From positions 62,001-126,000 of the IMG/VR virus record IMGVR_UViG_3300037805_000644: DNA of 64,000 bases. One strand, 5' to 3'. This document shows positions 38,501 to 46,821 of the stretch, piece by piece. Under the pieces are notes generated by a model that was not told the origin of the DNA, did no database searches, and saw nothing but the letters and a program-made list of their open reading frames with translations. Position 1 is the stretch's first letter, and every line of letters begins with the position of its first letter. The translations under genes and the position numbers were made by a program.

Positions 38501-41500
38501 TACTGCCTTGATCCCAGTTGTCCTCACCGGGTGTGCTGATGACCATCGGCCCGTTGCCGGTCTGCTGAGCCTGGATGTCCTCCACGGCCTCCTGGATGGC
38601 CTCGGCCAGGAATTGAGTGAGGGTTGGGATGCGGAAATAAAACGTATCTGGGCTGCGGAAGGTGTAAGTGGCCTGGAGGAGCGCACCCTCCAACCCGTTC
38701 TCCCCATCCGGGATGGTGTTGTACAGGTAGGTGGCAAATGCTCGCGGCTCATTGACCACGCCATCCCGAATGCTCGGGCTGAGGGTCCGGTTGCGGGTGT
38801 GGCTGAGCACGAGGCGCTGCCCTGCACCCAAAGGCGCCTGGTTGGGCTCCAGAAGCTCGATAGACCCCGAGGCAGGGTCCAAGCTGTACTCGACGCTGGG
38901 CGTCAGTGTACGGCCCGCCAGGGCCGCCCCAGAGGCGTCCTGCTCCCCGAATAGGACCAGCTCGAAGGGTTCGGTGCTTACCATCGGCCCCAGCGGCAGG
39001 AACGACCGTACACTTGGTGGGTAAACCGGTCGGTAGCTCAGCTTCACCGAAGTCACGGTGTCCATGGACACCCCCGTACGGAACGGGGCCGTGAGGGTGA
39101 TCTTGGTGTAAGTCCCTTCGGGATTCAGCTCAGACCCACTGATCGTGAAGGGGTAACCCCCGACCTCCATGATGTGGCCGGGCACGGCAAACGTGGTCAG
39201 GTCCCCTCGGAAATTGACGGTCTTCTGACCCCGGTTGACCGGCTCAAAGGGAAACTCTGTCAGCGGCACCTCTTGCATGAACCCGGCGGGGGCCCCTGTT
39301 GCAGTCGGGCTGGCCCCTTCGGGATCCACCACCGTGGTGAGAGCGCCGGCCGAGATGACCGTCAGGACATCATGACCCGGGGCTCGGGAACCCACCTCCC
39401 GCACCGTTGAGGGGAAAAGGTGGATCTTGGTGACGTTGCCCGCCTTGACGATGGGCTTCGCTGGGTTGAGGGGGTTCTTCTCTTCGAGAGGGGTAACCCG
39501 GGTTGGGAAATACTCGACCTCTCGCACATAGAAACACTCGGCGCCCAGGCGGATGATCTGGCCGGGGAGGAAGTCCCCGGTCCGGTCACCCTGGAGACCG
39601 AAACTGTCTGCACCTGCCTTGAGGAAAAACGGCGGGCGGTAAACCGGAGTGGTCGAGACAGTGTATGACCGCTCCCCACCGTTCGCCTCGAAAGCAGCAA
39701 AGCTCACCTTGACGGTGACGTGGTCAGGGATGACCTTGGAGAGGAACTGAATGGTGAAAGGCTGAGTTGGATCAGCAGGCGCCTCCAAGACGTAGTCCTG
39801 GACCTGGAAGTTCTGGATCATTGCCCCAATGAACACGGTGGGGGCAATCCGGGTGTCTACATTGCGCCCGTCGTTGTTAAACGTGAACGTGAAATGGTTG
39901 ACCCGAGTGGCCTCAGCCTTGGTCACGAACACCGGCAGGAACTCTTGGATCAGCTCCCCCTCTTTCCGGCCTTCGAGATCCGCCTGGTGATAGCACACCT
40001 CGACCGACTGACCCTCCTGGAGGGGCTGCTGGAACCCGATTGCCCCTGCGAGTGGGTTCATTGACACGTCGAGGGTATTCTCTGAGATCATGCGCTCGGT
40101 GAAATAAACCACCTTGCCCGCATGGGCGGCCTGGTCCGCAGTACCAATGTTGAGGTCCCCGGTGTCCGGGTTGTACTCCACAGCGCCGGCCGCCACGTCA
40201 GTGGCCCCCAGGAACTCTTCCTGGTAGGTCACGGTGGCCTTGGCGTAGTCCGCCAAGAGGTTACCCCCGAATTGAAGGTTCCCGGAGGGATCCACCTCGA
40301 CGGTATCAGGATCCTGCGGCGAGGAGAACACCGCCACAGGGATAGGGGTGAGCTTGTCTGCACCCACCCGGAGAGAGTAGGCCACACTGGTGAACCGGGT
40401 GGAGCCGGCATCGGGAACAACCAACAGGCCGTTGGCCACGATCCCCAGGGTTGCCCGAGTCAGGGCAACCAGATCTGCCGAATTCGTGTTGTCCTCATGT
40501 GCCAGCCCATACCGGATGGAGGTGGCCCGACCTCGGGAAACAGCACCCTCCACCGATGCCGCCAACGTGACATCGGGAGTGCCCAGAGGAGTGAGCACGT
40601 TGACCTTGAACGGCTCCTCGGGGAGGTGGTTGAAGTTCAGGTAAACCTGGTCAGCCACGACGGCCGGATCATACACCTCTGCGGTGAACCCCCGGTACAT
40701 CTCCCAAGGGGTCGAACGGAGGGCATCACCCAGGAAAGGAGGATCGACCGCCAGTTCGGTGGCGCTGTTGACTGAGGTGATGAGGTAAGAGCCGGCCTCC
40801 TCACCCGACAGAAGCTTGATCCGATAGCCCTCTTGAGCCACAGGGAGATAAACGGGCTGCCCGCCAGAGAAAAGAGGGTTACCGTCCCCATCAAGGGCCT
40901 GCTCTTCGGAGGGTGCTAGGAAGTTGGCCTCGGGATCCTGGAATGCACCCCCAACCGTGTACGTCCCTCGACCACCAGACAAAACGCCATCGCCGTAACG
41001 CCGGATGAGCACCACATTCCCGGAAATGCCGTCCTGAGGCAGGAGGTAATCGGTGTCCAATTCCTGGAATTCAAAGGCACCCCCATCCGAAATGAGAAGC
41101 CCTCCGCCAATGCCTGGTGCGTTGAGCAAGGAGTTGCCCGCCACAGAGGGCTGCCCCAGCCCAATGGTCGTCACAGGCTGCTGGAAGGGGGTACTCAGAG
41201 AGCCCGCATCCAACCAGAGGAACCGCCGCTCCGCAAAATCGTGGAGGATGTCCTCGTAGTGCTCCAGCGGCTTGTTCACGATGAGCACACCATCAGGGTC
41301 CTCAATGACCGTGACGATGTTGAAGAACACTCCCTCGTCGTATCCTGCGATGTCCTGGATCGGCGGGTTCTGGAAGAACACGAACGGTGCAGGCTGCACG
41401 GATCCCTGGAGGATCACATCCTCAACCCGGCTGTATGCCTTGAAGTCGGGAACTCCGGTGACCCGCTGGAGGTTGCGAGGGCTTCGGTACAGACCAAGGC

Positions 41501-43814
41501 TCACACCTGAGTCTACCACCCAGTTGTCCGACCCACCAACCACACGCCAGCCTGGGAGGAATCCCAGCTTCTCGGCACCCGAGAGGTCCTTGGGATCCCC
41601 ACCCCACCCGATCTCAACCATGCCGACCGCAGAGTCTGCCGCCAGAACCACTGACCCGTTCAAGGTGGTGGCAGAGCCGACACCAGGGCCCGCGTCGATG
41701 GCCAACTGAATGGAGGCGGCCACCTCCTCGGGGGTGAAAAACTCGTTGTCGGGGAGGGCAGCGAGGAGCGTGTTGGAGTCCCACTGGTAGCTGTTGCCCT
41801 CGATGTCGAAGTACAGGGTCTCCCCGCCATCGAACCGGAACACGAACCGGGTCTTAGAGAAAAGCTTGGCCTCCGCCGTGAATGCTGCCGGGGTCAGGCT
41901 GCTCTGGAGGAAATAAGCCGGGTCCGAGCCCTTGTCCTTGAGGTCCGCCCGTCCGATCTTGAGCACGGATCCTGTGGCGTCGCTGTACTCCCGGGCAATG
42001 TAACAAACCCCTTTGGGGATCTTGTGCTTGTCCGTGGGGAGATCTGCCTCCAGGTCGACCACAATGACCGACATGGCGCCCTTGCGGGTGAACACCATCG
42101 TGTCCGACACGCCATCAACCACCTGGCGGATCCGCCCCTTGGTGCTGGCCGCAAAGGTGTCCCCACCTGGCCGCACGTCTGCCTCACCTGCACCACCGGG
42201 GATGGCACCAGTGCCGTCAGGGGCATCAAGGATGCCTGAGATGGCCAGAGGCAGGGTCTCAGCATTGGGAATGTACAGCTTGCCATTGGCCTCAATGACC
42301 TGCACGGGCTCAGTGGAAGCCTGGGGGCGGCCCGACAGACTCACACCATCATAAACCACCTTTGAGCCTAGGTAATGCTTGTTGAAATCCTGATGGTCAG
42401 GGTCTGCCTTTGCGAGGAGCCCTGCCGAGAACTTGATCTTGCCTGTGGACAGGGAAACACCCACCTGACCCTCAGCCACCACCAGCTCACCCAACCCGCC
42501 AGGGCCGTCCTCACCGGGAGTGAGCACCGGGCTGAGGTACAGCCGAGAACCTACTCGGAGAAGGGGGCGGTCTGCCGGCCCTGGGATCGGCGAGAGGTAC
42601 AGGTCTCCCTGGCCCAACTCCCCTACGATCCCGTCACTGTCCGGGTTGAAGTCCCGGTTGGCGTACCAGATATCTTTCCCCGCGTGCTGCTCGATGTAAG
42701 CAGGGTTGAACACCAGGAGGCCATTGGTCATCCCAACAACCCCAGCCAAGCTGGGTTCGGTGGAGAAATCGAACCCCTCCTCCACCTGCTTATCCGAGCG
42801 AACCCCGACCCCAGAGAAAGTACCGTCAGGGGCCACCGCTGTGCTCGTGAAGCTCGGGGCGGACCCCAGCCGGATCATCGAGTAACTATCTGCGGTGAAA
42901 CCGTCCCCAGGCAGGGTGAAGCCGATCTTGAGCCCTCGGGGCTTCGGGTCGAGCTGGTACTGTTCATCGAAGCTCAGGCGGCCCAGGTTGAGGGTGTGAG
43001 CGCCTTTGTAAGGCCCCCACCGCTGGTTGGCACCATCCCACCCAAACCGGAGCTGGTAACGGTCGTTGCGGGTCCAGAAAAACCTGGGTGCCGCAACCGT
43101 GTACCGCGCATCCCGAATGCTGTCTCCCCGAAGCTGGCTCAGGCCGCCCTCAAGGCTTGCTGCAACGGTCGTGGCGATCAGGCTGCCAGAGGTAGCTGTG
43201 AACAGGTTGCTGTCGGTGACCGTGGCCAGGCCAGCGGCTGCATCAGAATCACCACCTTGGAGCTGAACCACCAGGTAAGGGCGGGAGCCCTCTCGGCCCT
43301 TAGTGGGGTCTTCTGAGTCGGTCCAACCCGCATCGTCATACCCCGACTCGTCACCCCGAGCCACCACCAGGAACAGGATGGATCCGATGCTGCGGAACCC
43401 TTCATCCTTCACCACCACATTGAGGGTGCCGTCCGTCCGGGTGCCGTAACCAGGAGGTGCCGGCTGACCCGCTGGGAGAGGGTCAGGGTCGTTGTCCGTA
43501 ACCGTCAGGGTCCCTTGGGGGATGGTGCCTGCACCCGTATCCGTCCACCAGGTGAGGTCATCCACGAGGGCAAGGTTAGACGTGTTGTCCGCCCAGAACA
43601 TGTACTCGACAGGTGTGGTGCCCGGAGCATTGGAGATCGACGTGCGATACTGGTCGCCTCGGGCATCCACAAAGGGGGGGCTGGCGAGAGCGTAAATGCC
43701 AGGAAGGGCATCCGCAGTGCGGAGCACCCCGCTGCCAGCATCCGCCGTCTGGGGGGAGTTCGTCGGTGCCGTTCGGGGGGCCCGGAGTACGTGTCCTGAA
43801 AAATTGAAAGCCAT
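32547..43814 (-). CDS. Giant virion structural protein (3755 aa), probably baseplate-associated
   Basis: 11.3-kb uninterrupted ORF, Gly/Pro/Asp/Val-rich and beta-like, between the spike and wedge genes. No family was recognised. Confidence 0.8.
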   Translation of the reverse strand: MAFNFSGHVLRAPRTAPTNSPQTADAGSGVLRTADALPGIYALASPPFVDARGDQYRTSISNAPGTTPVEYMFWADNTSNLALVDDLTWWTDTGAGTIPQGTLTVTDNDPDPLPAGQPAPPGYGTRTDGTLNVVVKDEGFRSIGSILFLVVARGDESGYDDAGWTDSEDPTKGREGSRPYLVVQLQGGDSDAAAGLATVTDSNLFTATSGSLIATTVAASLEGGLSQLRGDSIRDARYTVAAPRFFWTRNDRYQLRFGWDGANQRWGPYKGAHTLNLGRLSFDEQYQLDPKPRGLKIGFTLPGDGFTADSYSMIRLGSAPSFTSTAVAPDGTFSGVGVRSDKQVEEGFDFSTEPSLAGVVGMTNGLLVFNPAYIEQHAGKDIWYANRDFNPDSDGIVGELGQGDLYLSPIPGPADRPLLRVGSRLYLSPVLTPGEDGPGGLGELVVAEGQVGVSLSTGKIKFSAGLLAKADPDHQDFNKHYLGSKVVYDGVSLSGRPQASTEPVQVIEANGKLYIPNAETLPLAISGILDAPDGTGAIPGGAGEADVRPGGDTFAASTKGRIRQVVDGVSDTMVFTRKGAMSVIVVDLEADLPTDKHKIPKGVCYIAREYSDATGSVLKIGRADLKDKGSDPAYFLQSSLTPAAFTAEAKLFSKTRFVFRFDGGETLYFDIEGNSYQWDSNTLLAALPDNEFFTPEEVAASIQLAIDAGPGVGSATTLNGSVVLAADSAVGMVEIGWGGDPKDLSGAEKLGFLPGWRVVGGSDNWVVDSGVSLGLYRSPRNLQRVTGVPDFKAYSRVEDVILQGSVQPAPFVFFQNPPIQDIAGYDEGVFFNIVTVIEDPDGVLIVNKPLEHYEDILHDFAERRFLWLDAGSLSTPFQQPVTTIGLGQPSVAGNSLLNAPGIGGGLLISDGGAFEFQELDTDYLLPQDGISGNVVLIRRYGDGVLSGGRGTYTVGGAFQDPEANFLAPSEEQALDGDGNPLFSGGQPVYLPVAQEGYRIKLLSGEEAGSYLITSVNSATELAVDPPFLGDALRSTPWEMYRGFTAEVYDPAVVADQVYLNFNHLPEEPFKVNVLTPLGTPDVTLAASVEGAVSRGRATSIRYGLAHEDNTNSADLVALTRATLGIVANGLLVVPDAGSTRFTSVAYSLRVGADKLTPIPVAVFSSPQDPDTVEVDPSGNLQFGGNLLADYAKATVTYQEEFLGATDVAAGAVEYNPDTGDLNIGTADQAAHAGKVVYFTERMISENTLDVSMNPLAGAIGFQQPLQEGQSVEVCYHQADLEGRKEGELIQEFLPVFVTKAEATRVNHFTFTFNNDGRNVDTRIAPTVFIGAMIQNFQVQDYVLEAPADPTQPFTIQFLSKVIPDHVTVKVSFAAFEANGGERSYTVSTTPVYRPPFFLKAGADSFGLQGDRTGDFLPGQIIRLGAECFYVREVEYFPTRVTPLEEKNPLNPAKPIVKAGNVTKIHLFPSTVREVGSRAPGHDVLTVISAGALTTVVDPEGASPTATGAPAGFMQEVPLTEFPFEPVNRGQKTVNFRGDLTTFAVPGHIMEVGGYPFTISGSELNPEGTYTKITLTAPFRTGVSMDTVTSVKLSYRPVYPPSVRSFLPLGPMVSTEPFELVLFGEQDASGAALAGRTLTPSVEYSLDPASGSIELLEPNQAPLGAGQRLVLSHTRNRTLSPSIRDGVVNEPRAFATYLYNTIPDGENGLEGALLQATYTFRSPDTFYFRIPTLTQFLAEAIQEAVEDIQAQQTGNGPMVISTPGEDNWDQGSTGLIWERRHLMDKDRASRTFLDFYNQAIVAFEQINETIDGRFVGDRDGKFRFFIGKGLEWPTPGYEDEISGHLLPKNLWSMVVNEANPANDLIFLEADPLVEPTSATLAGGVLAGVFPTADRLQQLIARQAVLVTNDVDDLVVTSKQRPTVKFLPVSPFFSIQALADFKRMADSHALSRIYPTQAKAFFLTFPGIGADEATGDPGSYTWGRTVDGERKSTNQSEIASVSNPVLGGITNISESALTPRRARARVWGYFPDGLAANVFGAVPPAAILEPCMIVVQTPLSEVPVHPDTGFVDVSKLRSQGGEIADAEAGDPELALPGFAPGDQLSWGQPDGSLYQAHSQKSFTVFGIPLLDSLHVLDVQYGCVVRFADSQGSLLDDPSRILVGTGAASGTPLQDFPLSQGDTILVIPSLGQGVEISDPPTISELRAMGSSIDVYRNGFDLSIRPDGRVLDQTLPSFNDPHPYGLKEIFGQKAPDPLSGIEGPVEFVYANPLPLEIPALLGQVTDDDGDYSIPYLRTGNTELDRLGDPTLMSNLFGVFSQNGGLYTYPDEIVALDGEVIDTHDGINHDFSDVGDPFGSGGATKEAGVIMTLQDPFPVGVGQESLEPFDLLLVECGQSGINAGAQGLLNVGAVRQEAGGVGFIEPPRFITPTTAPAVAGGPTGSPVRYVLDNALVHVDGYLGNDPTVDQPSGVRLYEYDQSGDAALDTTVLSFVDLGSIALNDGVAAAAGNLNDIWGAAGSKANNRITLRCWARDDVGVVDTPGANPMAAPGTELFSIEIQGLNVTITDTVSGNAPTTVVVTNVEFGTNDPAPLGSPAANKHIVITGFGIGGHIWPGPTPAQWFVPYVETNLAAPGYKRETVYSYDFSVDVDTYNNAAPRGESDTAYVAGDRLTFHEVLDFRLSRQRGSTHPQAAGTVLETRLLVEEVTCAPNTASSVNRINGGDPLTFIGRTAADVGNELASGAWSSPAGGSLKAVALEGHLNVNLPGTDVRFAGVPSSPNGPSGVICQGSGLMESKANGDIPAAVALLSDDRVTEPVVSAGLVGQVEPGDILTIKKSGDAAHDACTKAGTYLVKHAIAENDALSHTLQTTQTCVVGGGNGWIMQTFPEVVRFDGSTLTVTSTSGFPGVGNRVFICRDLSKLTAATAAEYATAFWSGAVTGMTLTTFTLNNLLDATGAPALLGDLEPWVGLPVAGLDSLVVGVRGGDLPDSWSVVGHHDLTLGSEVIHGVRLINFEGAAGPGAPVLYDATAGEITVPGGGGQVEVDEGTPINNTLYNPDEDPVVYDHVPVAINIANVPDADWATLNDPNGHSAAPQWVAALLPNTEVTLGDPVGPTSGFWAQAGIFLEPSFPTPVEQYDAGQANVVEQGAAAYANIGARDFAAFNTSGVAVTTPEPVEFEVRRIRRFHGLLDDISAQFAPLRFAYEIRRGRITQYTATAKQFGLVEANGFDMDFNNDWGAAPLAPDVWNTGEVGLIGTNLGPFDNLDVNINAGDLFRLLDEDGNLLEQVAIVGATSSSEVKLEAPGLQTPKATLESNSGMRFEIWLRQAPVPHEQSNEQLLELVTFKTVTETKADYATETGGYVNQITVDYDSVVNRMSDDANPGTWGGKGVQRGDIVVVDPTPTISQTGERGSRPIGDIGAFLSSGPQRAGHSAGEPNSLDDNRGFYRVVDIDDSVSPAVLVVDGLNTLAGARISGATSDVVFPEDPTFQATLGYSIMPTISGSVLTPDSREGQMDLRPTKKRENIAGADTYTGDTHSIRPFGYRIIRPSQLFSEDAVDLVLMNRERILSWIQELRVIMSGNKSGTYWVFQDEQHCRDIGSPSDPIDGLGVLGNVTVESLIGETNTSPFMNTSDCLSILDRRFWILDRRLDSLVPDSNIGYRTFDSGADPAFPLAGGPYTAYSDTSGEAVRPVLPERVDIIQDTEDQLRPARYAWLAYRTNTIQGTLRRIELFDQDLPKRLAEAERAARLEEAAENA

Positions 43815-43820
43815 GCTTAT

Positions 43821-44417
43821 CTACACCACCACCGAGGTCGTAGTTGTCCCTGCCGGAGAAGGGCCTGGGACACCCACCACATTACCGAACCCGAACCCTA
43901 GAAGGACGCACCGGGCAATTCCGTTCCCCAAGCCATTGGCCATCTGAGCCAATGCGGGGCCCCGCCCTGAGAAAGCTGCGAGGTTTGAGATGAGCAGGGC
44001 CACCAGACTCGGGGCGTTGCTCAGCACCACCTTAGCCACATCAGCCCCCACCCCTACACCCGGGGACACCCCCACATACATCCCTGAGGTACTGAACGTC
44101 TTAGGTACGGCGATCCCCACGATGGTCCCGAGAGATATCGCCAAAGGCCCCACCATGCCCGCAGCGTTCAAGGAAGCGATCATCACCGCTGGATTGGGGG
44201 GGATCACCAGCTTACCTGTGGGCACCACCCCCCCGCCAGTCGCCCCAGCGGCAGCTCCTTGCAAGAGCACATTCTGGGGCTGTCCTGCTGCCCATAGGTG
44301 TACGGCAGTGGCGATCCCGAGGGCCATCCGGTCGAACTGCACCCCTGCCATGGGGAAAGGTGCAGCCGTCCGAGCGGCCACTAGGTCAGCGTAAAACAGA
44401 GCGGGGGTCAGCGGCAT
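43821..44417 (-). CDS. Gly/Ala/Val-rich protein following the spike (198 aa); possible spike-tip or spike-associated protein
   Basis: Directly downstream of the spike gene; GxGxG strands; no PAAR motif seen. Confidence 0.6.
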   Translation of the reverse strand: MPLTPALFYADLVAARTAAPFPMAGVQFDRMALGIATAVHLWAAGQPQNVLLQGAAAGATGGGVVPTGKLVIPPNPAVMIASLNAAGMVGPLAISLGTIVGIAVPKTFSTSGMYVGVSPGVGVGADVAKVVLSNAPSLVALLISNLAAFSGRGPALAQMANGLGNGIARCVLLGFGFGNVVGVPGPSPAGTTTTSVVV

Positions 44418-44424
44418 GGGTTCC

Positions 44425-46821
44425 TCAGCCGGGGGTGATTAGATGGCCTTTAGCCCCCAACCCCCAGGTCAGGTAAGGGAGGTTGGTGAAAGGTTCCCGA
44501 GTTCCGGCGCAGAGGATCGGCCCCAACTCGCCACCATAAATGGGGCCGCTCAATGCGACCCCCAAGGCACCCCTCACAATAGCTACTCCCGCATCGGCCG
44601 AAATGTATACCCCCGCAAGAGCAGTCATCGAAGCGGTACCTGCGGGGGCACTCAGGCTGACGTTGCCAACCAGAGCTGTTCCGGTGATCCCCGTGGGGCC
44701 CACCTCCACCGTGGATGTAGTGCCCTTGAGGGTGACCGTCCCCACAAGGGACTCATAGGTCTGGTCCCCGATGAGGATGGTGGTTGTGTGGTTGCCCAGG
44801 TTGAACCGCTCTTCCCGGTCCCCGAACGTGAAATTCACCCGCTTCGCCACGATGCCTGGTGCGCTGGGGGTGTACGTCTGGGAGTGCAAGGGTGCATTCG
44901 TCAGCCTGAAACCCTTAGGCCCACTGTACTCCTCGGTGGCCTTGGCGGTGACCACCAGCTCCAGAGTCTCTGCGGTGGTCCTGATCTTCTTGGCTGTTGC
45001 CAACTCGATGAGGTCATGGCCCTTGATGCGGGTCGTGGTGGCCTCCACGTCAATAGCAGCCCCCTTGACAAACACCTTCTTGGTGGCCTTGAGCCGCATG
45101 TTGGTGCGGGCAACAATATCCACTGCGGGGAGATTGTCGTTCTTCTCACCCCGTGACTCGGGGCCGTCCGAGGACCCCCCACCGAAAATCGTGACAGGGC
45201 CCTTCTCGGACACCAGGTTAAACGAGCCTCGGCTCTTGGTGCCGAGGGAAAGACCCCCATCCAGCATGAGCTGGAGGGCCCCTGCCACCTTGAGTTTGAG
45301 GCCCCCCGCGAGAGCCAGCTCCACCGAGTTTTCTTTGAGGGGACCTCCGATGAACCCCCGGAACTGACCTTTCTTGTTGACACTCCAGAATGTGGGGCGC
45401 CCGTTGTCCAACGGGTTGAGCTTGAACAACGTGGCAGCGTGGTTCTCAAGGGGCTCAGGGGATGCGCCCCGCCCTTCCTCCGCAGCCAGCCCGACTGGCT
45501 CAAGGCGGGGGTTCGGGGCATCCCCGTCGAAGATCTTAGGCACCAGGGGCCGCCCGTAAGCCAACCGGCCTCGGGGGCTGAACGGATCATTGCCGATCAC
45601 CGAGCCCATTACCCACTCGATGAAGGGGGCATTGTCGGAACCACCTGGAGCCTCGAACCCGCTATCAGGGAGCCGGTCCGCATCGAACATGTCGGTCTGT
45701 TCGGTCACCGGCAACCGGCCATCCGAAGTGTGGGTGATCTCCAGCCGGTGCTCCGTCAGCGTGGGGATGCTGGGATCAAGTACCGCGTTTTTCCTGCTCT
45801 GGGCAGCTACTCGGTAAACTGGCTTCCCGCCGTAAATGGCGTCTGCCTGATGGAGATCATCCTCCGCCATACCGGAGGCGTCGATGAAACCACCTCGGAT
45901 CAGGAACAGGAAAGGATCGATGTTCTCACTGAACTGCAACCCTGTCTTGCCGGGGTTGCCGTCCTCGTCAAAGTCCCGACCGAACGGCCTTGCCGGGGTG
46001 AGGAACCCCTCGGGGGATTCTTGCCCAGTACGCTCCAGGTCTCCCTCAGACAGGGGGACACCGTTGAGGACCACCTGCTTGCCGTCCCACACCCGCCCGT
46101 CAGAGAACATCTGGGTGGCCAGGAAAGTGGCATCTCGCTGGACCATCCCGCTGTAAATCCGAGTCCCTGCCAGAGCATCGAACCTCTGGAGAGCCCGGAG
46201 CACCGCAGCCTGGTCCTGATCCCTCAGGATGAACTCGTTACCTCGTCGGTTGGAGAGCTGCACACTCTCGTCAAGCACCAGGTCAGAGCCCTGAGAGGAA
46301 CTGGCCAGGATGCTTCCGGGCTGCATGTGCCGGAGCTTGTGCCTGATGCGGGGGAGCACCCCGCCCACCACATCATGCTGGTACTCCGAGCCGAAATCCA
46401 TCTCATCGTTGGTGAAGTTGGCAGTGGTCATCCACTCCCGACCGGGCCATACACCTGGAACAATCCAGTTGAGGATGACCGGCGTGCGGTTGCGGGGGTT
46501 TGAGGACTCCTGGGGCATCCAGCCGACCACACAGTAATCACCTGCCTGGGGCAGGGCGCCGAACATGTGACGAGCCCCTGCACCCGGGAACGAGAGCGGG
46601 ATGGGCACACGTTCGGAATCACCACTACCACCCACCAGGATCTGGAGAGTGATCAGGAACTCTTCGTAGTCTACCTCAACCACACGGCCGACTCCGAGCC
46701 CCCACTGGGTCTCGGGGTCGGAAGCGCCGATCTTCGCCTTGGCGAACATCGTCGAGTTGCGGATAGCACCCGTCGAGATCGCAGACAAGGCACTGACGGG
46801 CCTACGCCCTTCGCTGGCCAT
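44425..46821 (-). CDS. Baseplate central spike (T4 gp5 / P2 gpV / VgrG C-terminal-like, 798 aa)
   Basis: N-terminal OB-fold pattern GVGRVVEVDYE...PLSFPGAG...ALPQAGDYCVVGW; C-terminal short beta-strand repeats; follows the hub gene with TGATG coupling. Confidence 0.8.
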   Translation of the reverse strand: MASEGRRPVSALSAISTGAIRNSTMFAKAKIGASDPETQWGLGVGRVVEVDYEEFLITLQILVGGSGDSERVPIPLSFPGAGARHMFGALPQAGDYCVVGWMPQESSNPRNRTPVILNWIVPGVWPGREWMTTANFTNDEMDFGSEYQHDVVGGVLPRIRHKLRHMQPGSILASSSQGSDLVLDESVQLSNRRGNEFILRDQDQAAVLRALQRFDALAGTRIYSGMVQRDATFLATQMFSDGRVWDGKQVVLNGVPLSEGDLERTGQESPEGFLTPARPFGRDFDEDGNPGKTGLQFSENIDPFLFLIRGGFIDASGMAEDDLHQADAIYGGKPVYRVAAQSRKNAVLDPSIPTLTEHRLEITHTSDGRLPVTEQTDMFDADRLPDSGFEAPGGSDNAPFIEWVMGSVIGNDPFSPRGRLAYGRPLVPKIFDGDAPNPRLEPVGLAAEEGRGASPEPLENHAATLFKLNPLDNGRPTFWSVNKKGQFRGFIGGPLKENSVELALAGGLKLKVAGALQLMLDGGLSLGTKSRGSFNLVSEKGPVTIFGGGSSDGPESRGEKNDNLPAVDIVARTNMRLKATKKVFVKGAAIDVEATTTRIKGHDLIELATAKKIRTTAETLELVVTAKATEEYSGPKGFRLTNAPLHSQTYTPSAPGIVAKRVNFTFGDREERFNLGNHTTTILIGDQTYESLVGTVTLKGTTSTVEVGPTGITGTALVGNVSLSAPAGTASMTALAGVYISADAGVAIVRGALGVALSGPIYGGELGPILCAGTREPFTNLPYLTWGLGAKGHLITPG

